DNA of 64,000 bases from the human T2T-CHM13v2.0 reference genome, Homo sapiens. A program made the translations under genes and the position numbers. Positions within the stretch are counted from its first letter, which is position 1. Each line of letters opens with the position of its first letter. The stretch lies in assembly GCF_009914755.1 (NCBI RefSeq), contig NC_060928.1, one strand, 5' to 3'. Shown here piece after piece: positions 58,835 through 64,000 of this stretch. The notes beneath the pieces are model-generated. The model was not told the origin of the DNA. It was given only the letters and a program-made list of their open reading frames with translations, and did no database searches.

Positions 58835-58948
58835 ACACAGTCATGGCACACTGCAACCTGGAACTCCTGGGCTCAAGCATTGCTCCCACCTCAGCCTCCT
58901 GAGTAGTTGGAACTGTGGACATGTATCACCACACCCAGCTGAAATTAT
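58835..58948 (-). mobile_element. AluJ/FRAM fragment
   Basis: 'aactcctgggctcaagc...ctcccacctcagcctcctgagtag'. Confidence 0.8.
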
Positions 58949-59206
58949 TTGTATAGATCAATTAATCCTATTTATATTTATAGAAAGGAAAGATATGTCT
59001 GCAATGCATTAATTATTAATTTAGGGCAACGTTTTCTTCAGTTGTATCAATTATGATAATGTCTTTAATGCTTTATCTCTGGTCAGTGACAGCTTCTCAG
59101 GACAACTATGATAATAGTTTTTATTAAAGTGATATAATTGCAGCTTTGATTTTGGTTAGTGTCATTAAAATTCCAGTCAACATTTTAGCTATGGATCTTA
59201 AGATTA

Positions 59207-60386
<1,180 letters not shown>

Positions 60387-60964
60387 AAGATTATTCTGAA
60401 ACTGATTATAATTCTGATCTTTAATTCTGACATTAGGGGCCATGATGCTTATTTCGTCTTTCAAGAGAGGTCAGCTATTGCTGCTATAAGAGTTTCATTT
60501 TTTCAATATATGGTTTTCAAACTATAAATTTGTACTTTAGGTATTTGTGCTTAAAACATGCATCATCAGCTACCAAGAGAAATGTTACAGTATCAGAATG
60601 CCTATTCTACAAATTCTGTAAAAAATAAGTTGATATTTGAATTTGATATCTTCTAATACCTTTTTTCTTTGCTCTTCTGTCTCCTAGAAATACCAATCTC
60701 CTCTCCTGACCCTACTCTCCCAGTCATACTGTTTCCAGGCTGCCCACAACCTCCCACTGTAGGGATCCATTCTGACTTTTATTAAAATTTACTAGTCTAC
60801 TACTCCAGGGCCTGCTCTCCCTTTAAAGTAATACTGAGTATTTGGTAATCAACATCTTACTTCTAATAAATCGTTCATTTGCATTTTATAACAGAATTTA
60901 CAAGATTAAATTTTAATGCAAAGAGTTCACCACTTTGGAATGAAATGTATGTTTTGGTAATTCA

Positions 60965-61316
60965 CTTTTTAAAATTCTTTATTTCCATAGGTTTTTGGGG
61001 AACAGGTGGTATTTAGTTATGTGAGTAAGTTCTTTAGTGGTGATTTGTGAGATTTTGGTGCACCCATCACCTGAGCAGTATACACTGAACGCAATTTGTA
61101 GTCTTTTATCCCTCACTCCCTTCCTATCGTTTGCCAGAGTCCCCAGAGTTATTCTTATGCCTTTGCAGCCTCATAGCTTATGAGTGAGAACACACAATGT
61201 TTAGTTTTCCATTCCTGAGTTACTTCACTTAGAATAATAGTCTCCAATTCCATTCAGGTTGTTGTGAATGCCATTAATTCATTCATTTTTATGGTTGAGT
61301 ATATTCCATTGTATCT
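60965..61316 (-). mobile_element. L1PB1-like 3' end
   Basis: 'tttccataggtttttggggaacaggtggt...gagtaagttctttagtggtgatttgtgagattttggtgcacccatcacc'. Confidence 0.85.
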
Positions 61317-61398
61317 ATAGTCAACGATAGTGCATTTTACACTTAAACATTTGTTAAGAGGTAGAACTCATAGTAACTTGTCTTACCACAAGGAAAAC
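61317..61398 (+). mobile_element. L1MA/MB 3' terminal fragment
   Basis: 'cacttaaacatttgttaagaggtaga...tcttaccaca'. Confidence 0.6.
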
Positions 61399-63544
61399 AA
61401 TTGGTAAGTACTTTTATAAAATTATGAAGAAAGATCTATAGTGTTCAGAAAAGGAGTTACTAACTCGCTGAAATAATAAGAAAGATTTTACAAGGATCTC
61501 TATGAACCGAGTTCTGAAGAATTAATGAATAAGAGTGTGCTAAAGTAGAGTCAGTCTCTACACATGCTGATGGAGGGAAAACTATGGAGAAGGCACAGAA
61601 AGAGGAAAAACTAGTTAATGTCAGGTAATGAGGAGTTAGGCTGGGCTGTCGCACTGGGCACATTGACGACTCGACACCAAGAAAGAAGGCCACAAAAATC
61701 ATTTCTGCTTCAAATTATAAATGTTCTTTTATGTTTTTTTAAAAAAATTTTGGGTTTCTTCTAGGTAATGGAGAGTCAACAGAGATTTTTAAGGGGTAAT
61801 ATGGCAGGATAGATTTGTTTCCTAATAAAAGATAACATGGGAATGAAATACGAAAGATGGACTGGAGGAAGGAGAGTCCAGTGAGGAAGAGATCAGTAAA
61901 GAGGTTCAGTAGGTCATAAAGAAGGTGAAGAGTGCCTGAGGGAAGAGAGAGGCCACGGTGAAGAGAAAACTTAAAATTGAATTAAAATCATCTAGTGACT
62001 GGAAATAATGTAGTACCCCAGCAAAGGAAAACATACGAGAGTATTCTCTGTTCCATTCCATCAAAGAGAAAAAAACACACTTCGGGGAAAAAAAAAAGAA
62101 AAAAATTTAAAAACTCAATTTTCTACAGAGCCTGACTAGAAACTGTTATGTCTCTCAGGTAAATATATAGTCAGTCCATTTGCAGAGGCTAATGGATGAC
62201 TTAATTAAGGCCTGACAAGATTTTCTGGGATAATAGATAAAGGATAATTCCCATTTAATAGCCCCCTTTAGATAAGATAATACTGGTATTATTAATAATT
62301 TCTCCAGGCATTTCCCATCTTAATGAAGAATTAACACAGGAGTTCACCTTAACATTTGGAACATCTTGCCAAATAGTACAATCTGGAGTCTCTATTTTTG
62401 TTCAGTCAAAAAGCTTGACAGCTAGCTGTGGCAGGTTATTAATCTTTGTGTTGACTTCAAGTATAATATCAGAGTGGTGACTTGTCTGGGAGGTTTGTCA
62501 GAATGAATTGTTTTCTGAGATAGCAGATGGTTTGGAAATCATCTGCCATGACAGACTGAACAGACTAGAGTTTCAATTCTCTGTTCCTGGGGTGGTGATG
62601 AGAAGGACACACACAGGAAATCAACTCTCCTGGTTTAACTGAAAACGGCTATGCACTGGACGGTCAGAGCACAAACTAGTAACAACTATGAAAGATAAAC
62701 AAGAGGCAGGTGGGAAGTTCCTAATTAACTCCCATCTACTTCAAGTTAATTTCCCTGACTCTACATTATTGCACATATGAGGAAACTCAATTTATGCATA
62801 TCAAGACTTGATTTTATAATTTTGCTTTTGAAAAATGAGATAATCAACAACAGAAGGAGTATATTAACTAGAGACCTGGATTACAGTGATTCAGAGTGAG
62901 GTATCAGGTAATTGAATCTAGTCAGTTTATTCAGAGCAGGATGCAAATAAGTAATTTGGACATTTTGAATGAGCTCTGCCAAGTTAAAAGCCTCATGAAA
63001 ATTTTGTAAATAGGCTATGCACTTTAATGTAATCTGAGAATAGAGGGTGGTTTACAATAATTTCAGATTTCTATTTAGCTATTATTATTATTACAGTTTT
63101 TAAAATGTTTCCCCTGACATCCTTCCTGTGTAAATGAATATGTCCCAGGGACACTCCAGTAAATGAGATGAACTAATGTAAAATATTAAATAATTCATGT
63201 CCTTGGAAGCCACTGAGACTTTGCTCATGTTTTCAGATAAAGTAAACCAATGTTGTGATGCAGAAAAAGGCATCTGCATTTGAAAATATCTCAAGTATTA
63301 TCTTTTAAGCCTAAATGTGTACTTAATTTAAAAAGAAGAAAAGGGAGCATGTTAAAGAATGTATCAGGCACCATTTAAAAATAGTAGAGATAACTAACAA
63401 GATTTTGATTTTCTTTTTTTTGCAAGGGGAAAGGGGAGCTCATTTTACTGCCTTTGCCATCATTTCTATGACTATGAATTAAACTGGAGTGTAACAATGA
63501 AGTTAAGTGAAATCTGGAGAGGAGCCTGGGACAAAGGAGGCAGT

Positions 63545-64000
63545 ATTGTGGAGTAGGAGGTAGTACGAAATTAATAAGGCCTGGGATATTTGTGTTCTTA
63601 GTCCTACTCCCATCAAAGTCAGACCGTGGGGTTGTTATATAACCTCTCAGGAACAGTGTGTTCTTGTCTGTGAAATGAAATAATAATAACATTAGCCTCA
63701 CAGGGATGTTATCAAAATTAAATGTACAAGCAGAATTAAGTGTTTGCCACAGAGAAGGCACAGAAAATTTAGAAATTACCTAACTACTCTGTTTAGGAAA
63801 GGACTTTATACTGCCAGCTTTGCCCAAAAGCGAATTTCTGGACATTTCTAGACATCCCTTCAGCAGTGACAGGGCTAAACTAACGGGATTGTGGGTTACT
63901 TTGAAAGCAAATTCCTTGGTTTTAAATTCTAACTCTGCCAATTAGCAGTTGTGTAACAGCTCTTCATTAAACTTATCTTAGTCTCAGTTTCCTCATCTAT
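63545..64000 (+). mobile_element. Two MIR fragments (63545-63770, 63880-64000)
   Basis: 'tctgtgaaatgaaataataataac...cctcacagggatgtt'; 'tctcagtttcctcatcta'. Confidence 0.7.

Overview
This is AT-rich, CpG-poor primate genomic DNA. Young L1PA2 and AluY copies point to human or great ape. It reads as intergenic or deep intronic, and roughly half is interspersed repeat: L1 of many ages, Alu, MIR, L2, L3/CR1, ERV1/ERVL/MaLR solo LTRs and DNA transposons. I find no supportable host protein-coding gene, RNA gene or CRISPR array. The longest ORFs are decayed L1 ORF2, and the rest are Alu/LTR-derived or look like chance ORFs. I see no new multi-gene system; the interesting signal is in retrotransposition architecture. 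The main examples are: (1) a ~390-bp TSD-flanked, polyadenylated insertion of apparently non-repeat sequence capped by a 41-bp inverted L1 fragment (27932-28319); (2) two twin-primed (5'-inverted) L1s with resolvable junctions; (3) an L1PA2 with a probable short 3' transduction; (4) a MER41A nested in an Alu nested in an MLT1A; (5) palindromic micro-rearrangements. Repeat subfamily names come from recalled consensus diagnostics, not a database search, and boundaries of old repeats are approximate.
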